Sequence record: DRR723986_5242
Length of the DNA: 62,031 nucleotides
Direction: 5' to 3' (one strand)
Positions 28,839 through 39,705 of this stretch are shown here, piece after piece (position 1 is the first letter of the stretch; every line of letters begins with the position of its first letter). A model generated the notes under the pieces. That model made no database searches. It saw nothing but the letters and a program-made list of their open reading frames with translations, and had not been told where the DNA came from. The position numbers and the translations under genes are program-made.

Positions 28839-30086
28839 ATGTATTCACCACATCGTGTGGTGTCCACTTGCCTGGCTTTCTTAATGGCCAGCACGATGGC
28901 CTCGGCATTTGCCGAGTCGGCCGTCGAAGTGGAAACCGAATTGACGGTTCGCCTTGCGTTTGAATCTGCATTAAGCCTGGATCCCGAGATTCAAGCCCAA
29001 GGCAAACGACTGGAGGCGCTTGAGGCCAGACGCAGTGCGGCAAACGCTTTCACTGCAGCGCCTCTTTCTGTAGAAGGTTCTTATCGAACCGACCGCAACT
29101 ACAACAATCAGGGCCTGCGGGAGCTCGAACTGGGCTTGTCTGCCCCAATCTGGAACTGGAACGAACGCAGCCGGACACAGGCGCTGCGCGACAGTGAAAT
29201 CGAGCTTGCCAAGAAGCAGCTTGAGCAGAAGAAGCTGGAACTTGCTGGTCTGGTTCGCCAAACCTTGTGGGATACCCTGGCTGCCAATCTGGATGTTGAA
29301 ATTGCACAGGCCCGGACCAAAACTGCCAAGGAATTGATGGTGGATGTGGATAGACGTGTCATGGCCGGGGAACTGGCACAGACTGATTTCTATCAGGCTT
29401 CTGCATTGTATGCCCAGTCCAAGGCCGACCTTGGGCGTGCATTGGGCGCTTTGGGAGACCTTAGCGCGGAATATGCCGCGATGATTGGTTTGCCTGTGTC
29501 AACACTGTCTCGCATTCAAACTGAAAGCACTGACATTCCCAATGGCTTGAAACCGCTGGATCATCCTGCCCTGAAGCTGGCACAGGCGCAACTGAATGCA
29601 CAGCAGCGACAGGCTGATCTGGTACAAACCCAGGCCAGAGCCAATCCCGAATTGGGGCTCGCGGTGATCAGTGACCGTGGCGCATTTTCATCAACAAGCG
29701 AAAAATCGCTCGTGGTGTCAACCCGCATACCGCTGGGCAATTCTTCTGAGTACCAAAGCCGGGTATTGCAGGTCGAAAGTGATCAGCTTGCCGCACAGGC
29801 CCTGCTGGTTAAAACGCAAAGGTCAGTGGTTGCGCGCGGCCGCGCTGCGGAGGGCAACCTGGACATGTTTTCCCAGTTAAAAACGTCTGCACTGGAGCAG
29901 GCTGACCTGGCCGATAAAACGTATCGGCTGTATCGGCGTTCATTCGACTTGGGGGAAACCGACCTTCCAACCCTGCTGCGCTTTGAACAACAGGCTTTTG
30001 AAGCCAACAGGCTTGCCCGAAAGTCTGCCGTGGAATATTCCGCCAAAGTCTCTGCCTACAAACAGGCACTTGGACTTTTACCATGA
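28839..30086 (+). CDS. TolC/CzcC-family outer membrane efflux protein
   Basis: Two OEP repeats (AGELAQTD, LGETDLPTLL); operon context. Confidence 0.88.
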   Translation: MYSPHRVVSTCLAFLMASTMASAFAESAVEVETELTVRLAFESALSLDPEIQAQGKRLEALEARRSAANAFTAAPLSVEGSYRTDRNYNNQGLRELELGLSAPIWNWNERSRTQALRDSEIELAKKQLEQKKLELAGLVRQTLWDTLAANLDVEIAQARTKTAKELMVDVDRRVMAGELAQTDFYQASALYAQSKADLGRALGALGDLSAEYAAMIGLPVSTLSRIQTESTDIPNGLKPLDHPALKLAQAQLNAQQRQADLVQTQARANPELGLAVISDRGAFSSTSEKSLVVSTRIPLGNSSEYQSRVLQVESDQLAAQALLVKTQRSVVARGRAAEGNLDMFSQLKTSALEQADLADKTYRLYRRSFDLGETDLPTLLRFEQQAFEANRLARKSAVEYSAKVSAYKQALGLLP

Positions 30087-30667
30087 CGATCAAAGAGATT
30101 CATGCCATGAAATACATCAATTCAAAATCGACTTACATGGGTGCTGTGTTTGTTGCACTCGCCCTTTTTACGACACCAAGCAGTTTTGCAGGCCCCGGAC
30201 ATGATCACGGTGATGAAGCGCTGACAGCCACCGGCGAAGCGTCGCCACGGGTGGTGATGGAATCGGACCTGTTCGAAGCGGTGGGTATTTTGAAAGGTCG
30301 CACGCTGGAAATTTACATTGACCATACCGCCACCAATGCACCAGTTGAAAATGCGGAGCTTGATCTGGAGCTCAATGGAAGCCCGATACCCGTTGAGTTG
30401 CATGCCGTGGGTGAATTTGATGCGGTGCTGCCTGAGGGTTTGTCTGAGGGATCCGTGTCGGTGGCCTTGACAGTTTCATCTGGTGAACTCACCGATCTGC
30501 TGGCCGGTCAACTTGACCTGTCCCATGCAGACGACCACGCCACCGATGAGGAATCTCATTCACATGCCTGGGAATGGGTGTTGTATGGCTTGGGCGGCAT
30601 GTTGCTTCTCGGTTTGCCTGTTGTTGGGTTTGTACGAAAAAAAATGAAGGAAGGCAAACAATCATGA
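30083..30667 (+). CDS. His-rich membrane-anchored accessory protein of the RND operon
   Basis: Signal peptide + AGPGHDHGDEA, His-rich linker, C-terminal TM; ATGA overlaps at both ends. Confidence 0.75.
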   Translation: MTIKEIHAMKYINSKSTYMGAVFVALALFTTPSSFAGPGHDHGDEALTATGEASPRVVMESDLFEAVGILKGRTLEIYIDHTATNAPVENAELDLELNGSPIPVELHAVGEFDAVLPEGLSEGSVSVALTVSSGELTDLLAGQLDLSHADDHATDEESHSHAWEWVLYGLGGMLLLGLPVVGFVRKKMKEGKQS

Positions 30668-31776
30668 TCAATAAAAATTTTGCACTCTCGGTCTTGGTGT
30701 TCGGCCTTTTTAGTCCTTTGAATATTTACGCGGGCCCTGGCCATGATCATGGCGATGAAGCAGTCGAGCAAACCCTGGGCGATGGTCCCAAGCGGCAAGC
30801 CACGGGCGAGGTTTTTTTGCCCAAGCCTGCCCAGCGCCAATTGGGTATTCGCACTTTGAAAACCGAGATCAAGCCCCAGGCCAAGGTGATTGAACTGAAC
30901 GGCAAGGTGGCACTGGATCCGCAAACCGGGGGCATTGTTCAAACCACCCTGGGTGGAAGTTTTGTACCACCGGGTCAAGGTGTTCCGCAATTGGGCCAAC
31001 AAGTGAAAAAGGGTCAAGTGCTCGGATTCATTCAAACACCGCAAGCCGCCTTGGAAAAATCATCGCAACAGGCACAACTTGCTCAACTGAGGTCTGAACT
31101 GACCTTGACCGAGAAGCGGCTGGAGCGTCTTTTGCAGCTTGCAGACACCGTACCAAAAAAGGAAATTGACGCTGCCCAGGCCCAGGTTCAAAGCCTGAAG
31201 GGCCAGGTGGCGGCCTTGGCTGGCGGCATTGCTTCAAGAGAAACATTGCGTGCGCCGTCCACCGGCATTGTGGCGTCATCCATGGCCATTTCCGGCAAGG
31301 TTTTTTCGGAAGGAGATGTGTTGTTTGAAATTGTTGACCCGGCAGTGGTGCGTGTAGAGGCAAGCTGGTACGAGTCTGGCGTGGTTCCCGATTTTCAATC
31401 CGCCCGCGTTCAAGCCGGTGAAAAGGGGGTAAAGCTGAAGTACCTGGGTGCGGCAAGCAGTGTAAAGGACCAGGCATTGACATTGGCATTCGAAGCACGG
31501 GGGCTGCAAAACACAAGTTTTCCGACCGGACAATTGCTGAAGGTGTATGCGGAACAGTCCGGGGGCGTTGATGCCGTGGCTGTGCCCAGTGCTGCAGTGG
31601 TCAAGAATGCGTCGAATCAAACCATTGTGTGGGTGAAAAAGGAGCCTGAAGTTTTCGAGCCTATGGTGGTGTTGACCGAACCGCTCAACGGACTTGAGGT
31701 GTTGGTTCGTGGTGGACTTTCCGGCGGTGAACGCGTGGTTGTTCAGGGCGCAACCCTGATTAACCAGGTTCGATAA
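30664..31776 (+). CDS. RND periplasmic adaptor (CzcB-like)
   Basis: GQQVKKGQVLG, LRAPSTGIV, AVPSAAVV, GLSGGERVVVQGA. Confidence 0.9.
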   Translation: MINKNFALSVLVFGLFSPLNIYAGPGHDHGDEAVEQTLGDGPKRQATGEVFLPKPAQRQLGIRTLKTEIKPQAKVIELNGKVALDPQTGGIVQTTLGGSFVPPGQGVPQLGQQVKKGQVLGFIQTPQAALEKSSQQAQLAQLRSELTLTEKRLERLLQLADTVPKKEIDAAQAQVQSLKGQVAALAGGIASRETLRAPSTGIVASSMAISGKVFSEGDVLFEIVDPAVVRVEASWYESGVVPDFQSARVQAGEKGVKLKYLGAASSVKDQALTLAFEARGLQNTSFPTGQLLKVYAEQSGGVDAVAVPSAAVVKNASNQTIVWVKKEPEVFEPMVVLTEPLNGLEVLVRGGLSGGERVVVQGATLINQVR

Positions 31777-31787
31777 GGGGCTTTGTC

Positions 31788-34700
31788 ATGTTTCAGTTTT
31801 TACTCGACAGCAGCCTGAAGAACCGGCTGTTGGTGTTGTTGGCCGCACTTATCCTGACCTTGTACGGTGCATTCACACTCACCCAGACTCCGGTGGATGT
31901 GTTTCCCGATTTGAACAAACCCACCGTTACGGTGATTACCGAGGCCGGGGGCATGGCCTCGGAAGAAGTGGAACAACTGATTACCTTTCCACTGGAAACC
32001 GCGCTGAACGGCTTGCCAGGGGTGGAAGTAATCCGTTCGGTGTCCAGTGCAGGTTTGTCGTTCATCTACGTGACGTTCAATTGGGATACTGAAATTTACC
32101 GCGCACGGCAAATGGTTTCAGAACGGCTTTCCAGCATGGAAGAATCCATTCCTTCCGGGGTTGCACCAACCATGGGGCCGGTCAGTTCCATCATGGGCGA
32201 GATCATGCAGATCGCCATACCGATTGATGTGAAAAAAATCTCGCCGATGCAAGTGCGTGAATACGCCGACTGGGTGTTAAGGCCCCGTTTGTTGTCCATT
32301 CAGGGTGTGGCGCAGGTCATTCCCATTGGTGGCGAGGTGCGGCAGTTTCAAGTACAGCCCAATTTGCAGCGCATGGTTGAACTGGGCATCACGATTGAAA
32401 ACGTGCAGCAGGCCCTAAGCGGTTTTGCGTCCAACACCTCGGGCGGTTTTTTGTCGCTCAATGGCCGCGAGTACCTGATTCGACATTTGGGCAGAACTTC
32501 GTCACTGGATGACTTGCGCAATGTGGCAGTGGGTTCCCGAAGTGGTCAGGCCGTGTTGCTTAAACAAGTTGCTCAAGTGGATTTTGCAGCGGCCGTGAAG
32601 CGGGGCGATGCGGGCTATGAAGGCAAGCCGGCCGTCATTCTGGGCATTCAAAAACAACCCAGTGCCGATACCATCAGCCTGACCAATCGCATTGAAGAGG
32701 CTTTGGTTGGCATGAGCAGCAACTTGCCCGAAGGCATGGAAAAACCACGGGTTACTTTTCGGCAGGCAAGTTTTATTGAATCATCCATTTCAACCTTGCA
32801 AGGCAAGTTGATTGGTGCCTCGGTGTTTGTTGCTGCAGTGCTGTTCTTCTTCCTGGGCACCTTGCGCCCTACGGTGATCGCGCTTACGGCAATACCCGTG
32901 TCCATTTTCATGACCGCCCTGGTGTTTAACTACTTCGGTTTGTCCATCAACACCATGACCCTGGGCGGTTTGGCCATTGCCATCGGTGGTTTGGTTGATG
33001 ATGCGGTGGTGGACGTGGAAAACATTCTTCGCCGTTTGAAAGAGCAACGGGCCAGGCACCCCGGTGCCCCATTCGACCTGATCGCACTGGTTCGAAAAGC
33101 ATCGCTGGAAGTGCGAACCGGCATTGTGTACGCCACGGCCATTATTGTGCTGGTGTTTATTCCGCTATTTGCGTTGCCGGGCATTGAAGGCAAGCTGTTT
33201 GTGCCTTTGGGCATTGCGTTCATTGTGTCCACCCTGGCCTCGCTGATTGTGTCGGTCACAGTAACGCCGGTGTTGTCGTATTACTTGCTGCCACGCATCA
33301 AGAACCTGGACCATGGCGACACCAAGGTACTGGCGTGGTTGAAGGCCAGGTATCAGCAAAGCCTGATGCCCGTTTTAAACAAGCCGAAGGCTGCCATTGC
33401 GGCCGGTGTGGTGGCAGTGTTGATTTCGGGTGTTTCAGTGCCGTTTTTTGCCAAAACATTTTTGCCACCGTTCAACGAGGGTACCTTGTTGATCGGTATG
33501 CGCTTGAATCCGGGCGTTACTTTGGAAGAATCGTCAAAGCTGGCTTCGCAGGCCGAATTGCTGCTTCAGGGTGTTCCGGAAATTACCCATGTGGGTCGGC
33601 GTAGCGGCAGGGCTGAACTGGACGAGCATGCCGAGGGTGTGCATGTGTCTGAACTGGATTTGGGTTTGATTCCCGCCAGTGAAATGACACGCCCCATGGC
33701 CGAAGTTCAGGCAGATATACGGGCAAGGCTGAAGAACCTGCCGGCAGCCGTTGCGCTTGGGCAGCCCATTTCACACCGAATTGATCACATGCTCTCGGGC
33801 GTGCGTTCACAAATTGCCATCAAGGTGTTTGGTGAAGATCTCGACACCCTTCGGGGCACCGCAGAGCAACTGCGTGCGCAGTTGGCCCGCATTGATGGTC
33901 TGGTTGATCTTGAAGTTGAGAAACAGGTGTTGGCCCCGGAAATCAAGGTGCGGATCAATTACGACGCCGCTTCCCGGTACGGCGTGTCGTCCTCCGATAT
34001 TCTGCATTCACTTCAGGCTCTGGTGGAAGGCGAGAAAATTACCCAGGTGGTGGAAGGCAGCCGGCGTTTTGCTTTGGTGTTGAAGCTGGCTGAAGCGGAT
34101 CGAGGCCCGCAGCAACTTGAACGGTTGCTGATTCCAACGCCCCAGGGTGCAGTGCCTTTGTCGGTGCTGGCGCAGGTCGAGGACGGCGATGGCCCCAACC
34201 AGATCAGCCGTGACGATGGCAAGCGCCGAATCGTGATTTCTGCCAATGCCCAAGGCCGGGCCTTGTCGGAAGTGGTGGCCGATATTCGCAACACAGTAGC
34301 TGGCCTTGAATTGCCTGAGGGCTATTTCATTACCCTGGGTGGGCAGTTTGAAGCGCAGGAAGAGGCCACACGGCTGGTGGGTTTTCTGTCCATTATTTCG
34401 CTCACTTTGATGTTCGCTGTGTTGTACAGCCGTTACCAGTCAGTGCGGCTGTCGGCCATTATCATGGGTAATATTCCGCTGGCCATGGTGGGCGCTGTAC
34501 TGGGGCTGTGGCTGTCGGGTCAGCCGCTGTCGGTGGCGGCCCTGATCGGCTTCATTACGCTGGCTGGAATTTCCGTGCGCAACGGGATTTTGAAAGTCAG
34601 CCACTACATCAACCTGATGCGGTTTGAGCATGAGCAATTTTCACAGTCCATGATTCTTCGAGGCTCTATGGAACGCCTGAGCCCTGTGTTGATGACTGCC

Positions 34701-34907
34701 CTGGTTACCGCGTTTGCCTTGGCCCCTTTGCTGTTTGAAGCTGAGCGCCCCGGCACCGAAATTTTGCATCCTGTGGCGGTGGTTATTTTCAGCGGGCTGA
34801 TCAGCTCGACCTTATTGGACACTTTTTTAACCCCTGCACTGTTCTGGGTTTTTGGGCGCAAGGATGCTGAAAAACTGATGGAACAGGCCGACGCGCAAGC
34901 GTTGTAA
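31788..34907 (+). CDS. heavy-metal RND permease (CusA/CzcA family)
   Basis: PVDVFPDL, GGLAIAIGGLVDDAVVDVEN, PPFNEG, ERLSPVLMTA. Confidence 0.95.
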   Translation: MFQFLLDSSLKNRLLVLLAALILTLYGAFTLTQTPVDVFPDLNKPTVTVITEAGGMASEEVEQLITFPLETALNGLPGVEVIRSVSSAGLSFIYVTFNWDTEIYRARQMVSERLSSMEESIPSGVAPTMGPVSSIMGEIMQIAIPIDVKKISPMQVREYADWVLRPRLLSIQGVAQVIPIGGEVRQFQVQPNLQRMVELGITIENVQQALSGFASNTSGGFLSLNGREYLIRHLGRTSSLDDLRNVAVGSRSGQAVLLKQVAQVDFAAAVKRGDAGYEGKPAVILGIQKQPSADTISLTNRIEEALVGMSSNLPEGMEKPRVTFRQASFIESSISTLQGKLIGASVFVAAVLFFFLGTLRPTVIALTAIPVSIFMTALVFNYFGLSINTMTLGGLAIAIGGLVDDAVVDVENILRRLKEQRARHPGAPFDLIALVRKASLEVRTGIVYATAIIVLVFIPLFALPGIEGKLFVPLGIAFIVSTLASLIVSVTVTPVLSYYLLPRIKNLDHGDTKVLAWLKARYQQSLMPVLNKPKAAIAAGVVAVLISGVSVPFFAKTFLPPFNEGTLLIGMRLNPGVTLEESSKLASQAELLLQGVPEITHVGRRSGRAELDEHAEGVHVSELDLGLIPASEMTRPMAEVQADIRARLKNLPAAVALGQPISHRIDHMLSGVRSQIAIKVFGEDLDTLRGTAEQLRAQLARIDGLVDLEVEKQVLAPEIKVRINYDAASRYGVSSSDILHSLQALVEGEKITQVVEGSRRFALVLKLAEADRGPQQLERLLIPTPQGAVPLSVLAQVEDGDGPNQISRDDGKRRIVISANAQGRALSEVVADIRNTVAGLELPEGYFITLGGQFEAQEEATRLVGFLSIISLTLMFAVLYSRYQSVRLSAIIMGNIPLAMVGAVLGLWLSGQPLSVAALIGFITLAGISVRNGILKVSHYINLMRFEHEQFSQSMILRGSMERLSPVLMTALVTAFALAPLLFEAERPGTEILHPVAVVIFSGLISSTLLDTFLTPALFWVFGRKDAEKLMEQADAQAL

Positions 34908-34930
34908 TTTTTTTAATTTGAACAAGGAGA

Positions 34931-35329
34931 ATGAACATGAAATCAATCAAATTGCTGTGGTGCGCACTGGCACTGGGTCTTGGTTTGAATACCGTATCGG
35001 CAATTGCGCAAGGAAAAGACATACACAGCACCGAGCCCAAATACGGCGGTATCGTCTCTGAAAGCAATCACATGGAGTTTGAGTTGGTGGTAAAGCCTGA
35101 GGGCACTTCGCTGTACGCCATGGATCATGGCGAGCCGGTGGACTTCAGCAAAGCCTCTGGCAAGGTGATTTTGTTGAACGATGGGCAAAAGAAAGAGATT
35201 GTATTAACCGGCAATTCCACCGTGCTTCAAGGCGAGGGTGTTGAACTGAAAACCCCGGCTTACACGGCACTGGCGACGGTGGAGTTTGCAAACAAGAAGA
35301 AAACCACTGTGCGTTTTAAAACAAAGTGA
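34931..35329 (+). CDS. secreted hypothetical protein of metal-efflux operons
   Basis: Signal peptide; PKYGG...FELV...YAMDHG. Confidence 0.7.
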   Translation: MNMKSIKLLWCALALGLGLNTVSAIAQGKDIHSTEPKYGGIVSESNHMEFELVVKPEGTSLYAMDHGEPVDFSKASGKVILLNDGQKKEIVLTGNSTVLQGEGVELKTPAYTALATVEFANKKKTTVRFKTK

Positions 35330-35331
35330 AC

Positions 35332-35661
35332 ATGGAGTTGCTGAAACTCTCTGCCTTGTTCGCGGCCACTGCGGTGTCTGAAATTCTGGGTTGTTACCTG
35401 CCATGGCTTGTTCTAAAACAAGACAAAACGCCATGGCTCTGGATTCCGGCAGTGGGATTTCTTGTGTTGTTTGCGTGGTTGCTTACTTTGCACCCGTCAG
35501 CCGCTGGCCGAACGTATGCAGCTTACGGTGGCATGTACATCACCGTTGCCTTGCTTTGGTTGTACTGGGTTGAGGGTGTTGGCTTGACACGGTGGGATGT
35601 GGCTGGGGCCTTGCTTGCACTTGCAGGCATGGCAACCATCATGCTTCAGCCCAGGGTTTAG
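35332..35661 (+). CDS. ynfA: YnfA (UPF0060) family membrane protein
   Basis: [30 protein letters not shown]. Confidence 0.88.
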   Translation: MELLKLSALFAATAVSEILGCYLPWLVLKQDKTPWLWIPAVGFLVLFAWLLTLHPSAAGRTYAAYGGMYITVALLWLYWVEGVGLTRWDVAGALLALAGMATIMLQPRV

Positions 35662-36989
35662 GTGTTCACGCACTGTGAAACATCCACCCGCGCTTTCAAG
35701 CGGGTGACCAGCAAAAACAACCCACCCAGCTTGCGGTGTATGAACAGGCAGTCGATGGGCGGGGCGTGCCAAAACTGTCGGTCTTCGCCGAGCTCAAAGC
35801 CTTTGTCGCGAATTCGCGCGGCCAGGTCGGTGTTGCCAAAATCAAAACAACCCTTGGTGCAAAAAGGCTCGCAGGCCAAATCCATCAAGTCAAGTACCAA
35901 CTCCCTGTGGTGGGTTTGCGTGCTTGAATCGAAATAGCCAATGCGGGTCGCGGCCTTTTCCATCAGGCTGCGGCTGCCTGCCTGTGCAGCTTTCATCACG
36001 TCCACATAACCGTCCACCAGTTCTTTATCAAAACTGCGGGTGGCACCAAAATCAAGTAATACCACTTTGCCTGTTTTGAGGTTGTAGCGGTAGTTCGCAA
36101 AATTAGGGTCAGTTTGCATCAAGCGCATGCCCAACAATTCTTTGAACAACAACTGGAACATGGTGGTGGCAATTTTGTCGCGAACCGGTTGGGTGGCATG
36201 GGCCATTTGTTCAATCGGCATACCTTCCACATAGCGCATGGCCAATATGCCCTGCGTGGTCAGGTCGGTGTTCACCGTGGGAATTTCGAACCTTTCGTCT
36301 TCGCCCAATGCTTCGGTGTATTTGGCGATGTACTCGGCTTCCCTCAGGTAATCCGCCTCCTCATGCAGTTGTTTTTTGGCTTCTGCCAGCAATGCAGCCA
36401 AATCAAAAGTTTTGGGCACCAAGCCAGTGAAGCGCAAAATGGTGGCCACATTGTCGATGTCGCTGTCGATGCTGTCGCGCACACCGGGGTACTGAATTTT
36501 AATGGCCAGTTTTTGACCATCCAGTGAAATGGCTTCGTGCACCTGCCCGATGGATGCGGCTGCAATCGGTGTCAGGTTGAATTCGCGTACTCTCTCGCGC
36601 CAGTTCTCACCCCATTCTTTTTCGAGCACGGCCAGCAATTGTTTGCGCGGCATGTGCTTGGCGTCTTGCCGAAGTTTGGCCATGATTTCCGCCAGTTGCG
36701 GTGGCAGCATGTCGCCCGCGTCCATCGACACCAATTGCCCCAGTTTCATGGCCGCCCCGCGCAGTTGGGCCAGTTGATCGGCCACGCGCAGCGCGTTTTT
36801 CGGGGTCAGCAACAGACTGCTCAGTTTGGGGCGTTTGCCTTGTGCCAATTGTTTGGTGCCGTTTTTAACCACTGAGCCCGCCACGGTGGTGGCCAGGGCA
36901 CCAAACCGGCTTAAACGCGCGAGGCGGCCTGAAGGCACTGCGGATTCGTTGGCTTTGTTGATCGAGGGAGGTTTCTTGCTGGACGACAT
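35658..36989 (-). CDS. ABC1/AarF/UbiB family atypical kinase
   Basis: [44 protein letters not shown]. Confidence 0.92.
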   Translation of the reverse strand: MSSSKKPPSINKANESAVPSGRLARLSRFGALATTVAGSVVKNGTKQLAQGKRPKLSSLLLTPKNALRVADQLAQLRGAAMKLGQLVSMDAGDMLPPQLAEIMAKLRQDAKHMPRKQLLAVLEKEWGENWRERVREFNLTPIAAASIGQVHEAISLDGQKLAIKIQYPGVRDSIDSDIDNVATILRFTGLVPKTFDLAALLAEAKKQLHEEADYLREAEYIAKYTEALGEDERFEIPTVNTDLTTQGILAMRYVEGMPIEQMAHATQPVRDKIATTMFQLLFKELLGMRLMQTDPNFANYRYNLKTGKVVLLDFGATRSFDKELVDGYVDVMKAAQAGSRSLMEKAATRIGYFDSSTQTHHRELVLDLMDLACEPFCTKGCFDFGNTDLAARIRDKGFELGEDRQFWHAPPIDCLFIHRKLGGLFLLVTRLKARVDVSQCVNT

Positions 36990-37032
36990 GGGAGGCACTG
37001 CTTTGAAGCAAAGATGAACTTCATCTTAAAAC

Positions 37033-37064
37033 AAAAGGCGCCTGTGCGGGGAATCACAGGCGCC
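37033..37064 (-). terminator. intrinsic terminator after the small secreted-protein gene
   Basis: 10-bp stem GGCGCCTGTG/CACAGGCGCC followed by TTTTGTTTT on the minus strand. Confidence 0.7.
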
Positions 37065-37099
37065 CTTCGAAAACCGGTGAATTAACCGGTGTTCTTCAA

Positions 37100-37411
37100 T
37101 CAGCTGGCATCGCCTTCAGTCAGGTCAACACCATTGATTTTGCTCAGTACTTCGGCGCGGGTTGTATTTGACAGTTGAACCTCAGCGGTCTCGCTGGCGT
37201 CACCTGCGATCGGGCTGAATTCGCCGGTTTGTACTGCTTTCTGGTATTCGTTCAACACGGCTTGGCGGCTGGCCTGATCACGTTGGCTTTGAGCGGCGAT
37301 CACGTGGCTGGTTGCATCGCCTTGCTGTGTTGCTGGGTTGGCCATGACCACGGCTGGTACAGATGCTGAAATGGCCAATACGGAAGTAGCAATCAATTGA
37401 CGTGCGTTCAT
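37100..37411 (-). CDS. small secreted protein (DUF4148-like)
   Basis: AAGGAG RBS; signal peptide; repeated SRQAV/TRAEV and GDA(S/T) motifs. Confidence 0.7.
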   Translation of the reverse strand: MNARQLIATSVLAISASVPAVVMANPATQQGDATSHVIAAQSQRDQASRQAVLNEYQKAVQTGEFSPIAGDASETAEVQLSNTTRAEVLSKINGVDLTEGDAS

Positions 37412-37516
37412 GGTAAATCTCCTTTTGAGGTACTTCATCAAGTTTTGCCGTTGCAGTATTGCGTTGGCATGAGTCGTACTTTACGCAGCTGTGAATTACC
37501 AAGCGCCCACTTGCAG

Positions 37517-37532
37517 ATTACAAATTTGTAAT
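37517..37532. promoter_or_regulatory. CusR/CzcR-type box ATTACAAATTTGTAAT
   Basis: Perfect 16-bp palindrome between the divergent secreted-protein gene and the metal response regulator. Confidence 0.75.
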
Positions 37533-37598
37533 TTTAAAAACGGGTCTTGCCTTCTATACTTTCAAGCATGTCCAATCACACCCGGCAAAGTTGCAGCC

Positions 37599-38315
37599 AT
37601 GAAAATTCTGGTAATTGAAGACGAGAAGAAGTTGGCGAGTTACCTTCAAAAGGGGCTGAGCTCGGAAGGCTTTGTGGTGGATGTAGCCCACAACGGGATT
37701 GACGGGTTGCACTTGGCCACCGAGGGTCACTATGAACTCATTATTCTGGATGGCATGTTGCCCGACCTGGATGGATTGGGCGTGTTGGCGGCCTTGCGTC
37801 AAACCATGAACATCCCCGTGCTCATGCTGACCGCCCGCTCTATGGTGGAAGACCGTGTGAAGGGCTTGCAGGCGGGTGCCGATGATTACCTGACCAAACC
37901 CTTTGCATTCTCCGAGTTGGTAGCTCGTGTGCACGCGCTGGCACGTCGCGCACAGGGACAACCCAGCGCCACTTCCGACAGCAGTCACCTCAGCCTGGCA
38001 GACCTTGAACTGGATGCGGTGAAACGGCAGGCCAAACGCGCTGGACAGGATTTGCGTTTGACTGCCAAAGAATTCAGCCTGTTGTGGTTGTTGTTGCGCA
38101 GAAAAGGCGAGGTGCTGTCACGCACCGAATTGGCTGAATTGGTGTGGGACATGCACTTTGACAGCGAAACCAATGTGGTCGATGTGGCGGTACGTCGCTT
38201 GCGCAGCAAGATGGATGAACCCTTCGGGCAGCCTTTGTTGCACACAGTGCGTGGCATGGGCTATGTGCTTGAACAGCGCTCGCTGGAACAGGCTGTCGGG
38301 GATTTTCAATCGTGA
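37599..38315 (+). CDS. heavy-metal response regulator (CusR/CzcR/IrlR-like)
   Basis: MKILVIEDE, ADDYLTKPFAFSEL, VWDMHFDSETNVVDVAVRRLR, HTVRGMGY. Confidence 0.92.
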   Translation: MKILVIEDEKKLASYLQKGLSSEGFVVDVAHNGIDGLHLATEGHYELIILDGMLPDLDGLGVLAALRQTMNIPVLMLTARSMVEDRVKGLQAGADDYLTKPFAFSELVARVHALARRAQGQPSATSDSSHLSLADLELDAVKRQAKRAGQDLRLTAKEFSLLWLLLRRKGEVLSRTELAELVWDMHFDSETNVVDVAVRRLRSKMDEPFGQPLLHTVRGMGYVLEQRSLEQAVGDFQS

Positions 38316-39658
38316 GGCGTTCAATTGCGAGGCGATCCTCTTTGCAAATGTCCATTCTCAGCATTCTGGGTGTGGGCATCATTGCCATCATCAGTTATCA
38401 GGCCATTTGCATGTGGCAAGACATGCGGCATCAAGACACGCTAAGCCGTGCGGCTTCCAGCGTTGAACAGGTGCTGGCCCGAAACAGCGAGCTTTTGCCC
38501 ACTGAAATGTGGAGTAGGGTGGACGAGTTGCTGTTAAGCCTGGGCAATGTGCGCGCCAAAGTTCATGGAGAAAACGGTCAAGTGCTGTATGGCCCACAGG
38601 TCTTGCTAAGCCAGGTGAAGCACAAGGTGACTTACGTGCACCCCTTGAATGGGCTGGGCGGCAGCATGCCCATGAACGATCTTGAGCTGGCCATGGATGT
38701 GTCGGAAGACAAACGGTTTTTAAAGTTCATTGCCTTGTTGTTTACAGCGGTGACAGTGGTTTGGGGTTTTTTCATCATGCTGCTGAGTGGCACCCTGGCC
38801 AGGTTTGAATTGAAACCACTGAACAAGTTTGGACGGAAAATCGCCGATTTTGATCCCTCGGATGTCAACGCCAGAATCAAAAGTGAACATGAACCCGAGG
38901 AGCTTTACCCGGTCGTTGAGCAGTTCAACAAGCTGATGGGCAAGGTGGGTCAATACCACGAGCAATTGCGCTCTTTTAACTCGAATGTGGCGCACGAGTT
39001 AAACACCCCTTTGTCCAGCCTCACTGTGAGCCACGAGTTGTTGCTTCGTGAAAAAAACCCGGATCCTGAACATTTGAAAGAGGCTTTGCACAGCCATCTC
39101 GAAGAGCTTCAGCGAATGAACCGGATCATCCAAAGCATGCTTTTTTTGTCGCATGCCAGCCAAGGGCAGTACAACGACTTTCGCTGGGCAGACAAATTGA
39201 GCGAACCGGTCATGACCGTGATGGACTACATGGAAGCCATGCTGGAGGAAAAGGATTTGCATTTTGAGCTGCATGGCGATGCCTCGGCGCGCATTGATTC
39301 CGAATTGATCAAGCGGGCCTTGTCCAACCTGGTGTCCAATGCGATTCGTTATGCACAGCAAAATAGCACCATTCACATTCATATCGAAGCAGACCATGCG
39401 AGAGACAGGGTCACCGTGACTGTGAGCAACAAAGGCGTGTGTATTCCTGAACGCAGCGTGCCACATTTGTTTGAACCCTTTTATAGGGTCGATCAATCGC
39501 GCAACGAGAGCGGGCACAACCACGGCCTGGGCCTGGCGATTGTGGCGGCCATTGCGCGTTTGCATGGGGGCGAACCGTTTGCCCAGTGCGATGGAGAGTG
39601 GGTGCGTATCGGGTTTTCACTGAAGCGGGGCGCCAAACCCGTGCTTGCCGAGGTGTGA
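38312..39658 (+). CDS. heavy-metal sensor histidine kinase
   Basis: Two TMs, HAMP, AHELNTPL, NLVSNAIRY, FYRVD, GLGLAIV. Confidence 0.9.
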   Translation: MRRSIARRSSLQMSILSILGVGIIAIISYQAICMWQDMRHQDTLSRAASSVEQVLARNSELLPTEMWSRVDELLLSLGNVRAKVHGENGQVLYGPQVLLSQVKHKVTYVHPLNGLGGSMPMNDLELAMDVSEDKRFLKFIALLFTAVTVVWGFFIMLLSGTLARFELKPLNKFGRKIADFDPSDVNARIKSEHEPEELYPVVEQFNKLMGKVGQYHEQLRSFNSNVAHELNTPLSSLTVSHELLLREKNPDPEHLKEALHSHLEELQRMNRIIQSMLFLSHASQGQYNDFRWADKLSEPVMTVMDYMEAMLEEKDLHFELHGDASARIDSELIKRALSNLVSNAIRYAQQNSTIHIHIEADHARDRVTVTVSNKGVCIPERSVPHLFEPFYRVDQSRNESGHNHGLGLAIVAAIARLHGGEPFAQCDGEWVRIGFSLKRGAKPVLAEV

Positions 39659-39705
39659 ATGGCCTGTGCTAAACTTCAAACATTGCCAGTTGTGGATTTC
39701 GTCCA

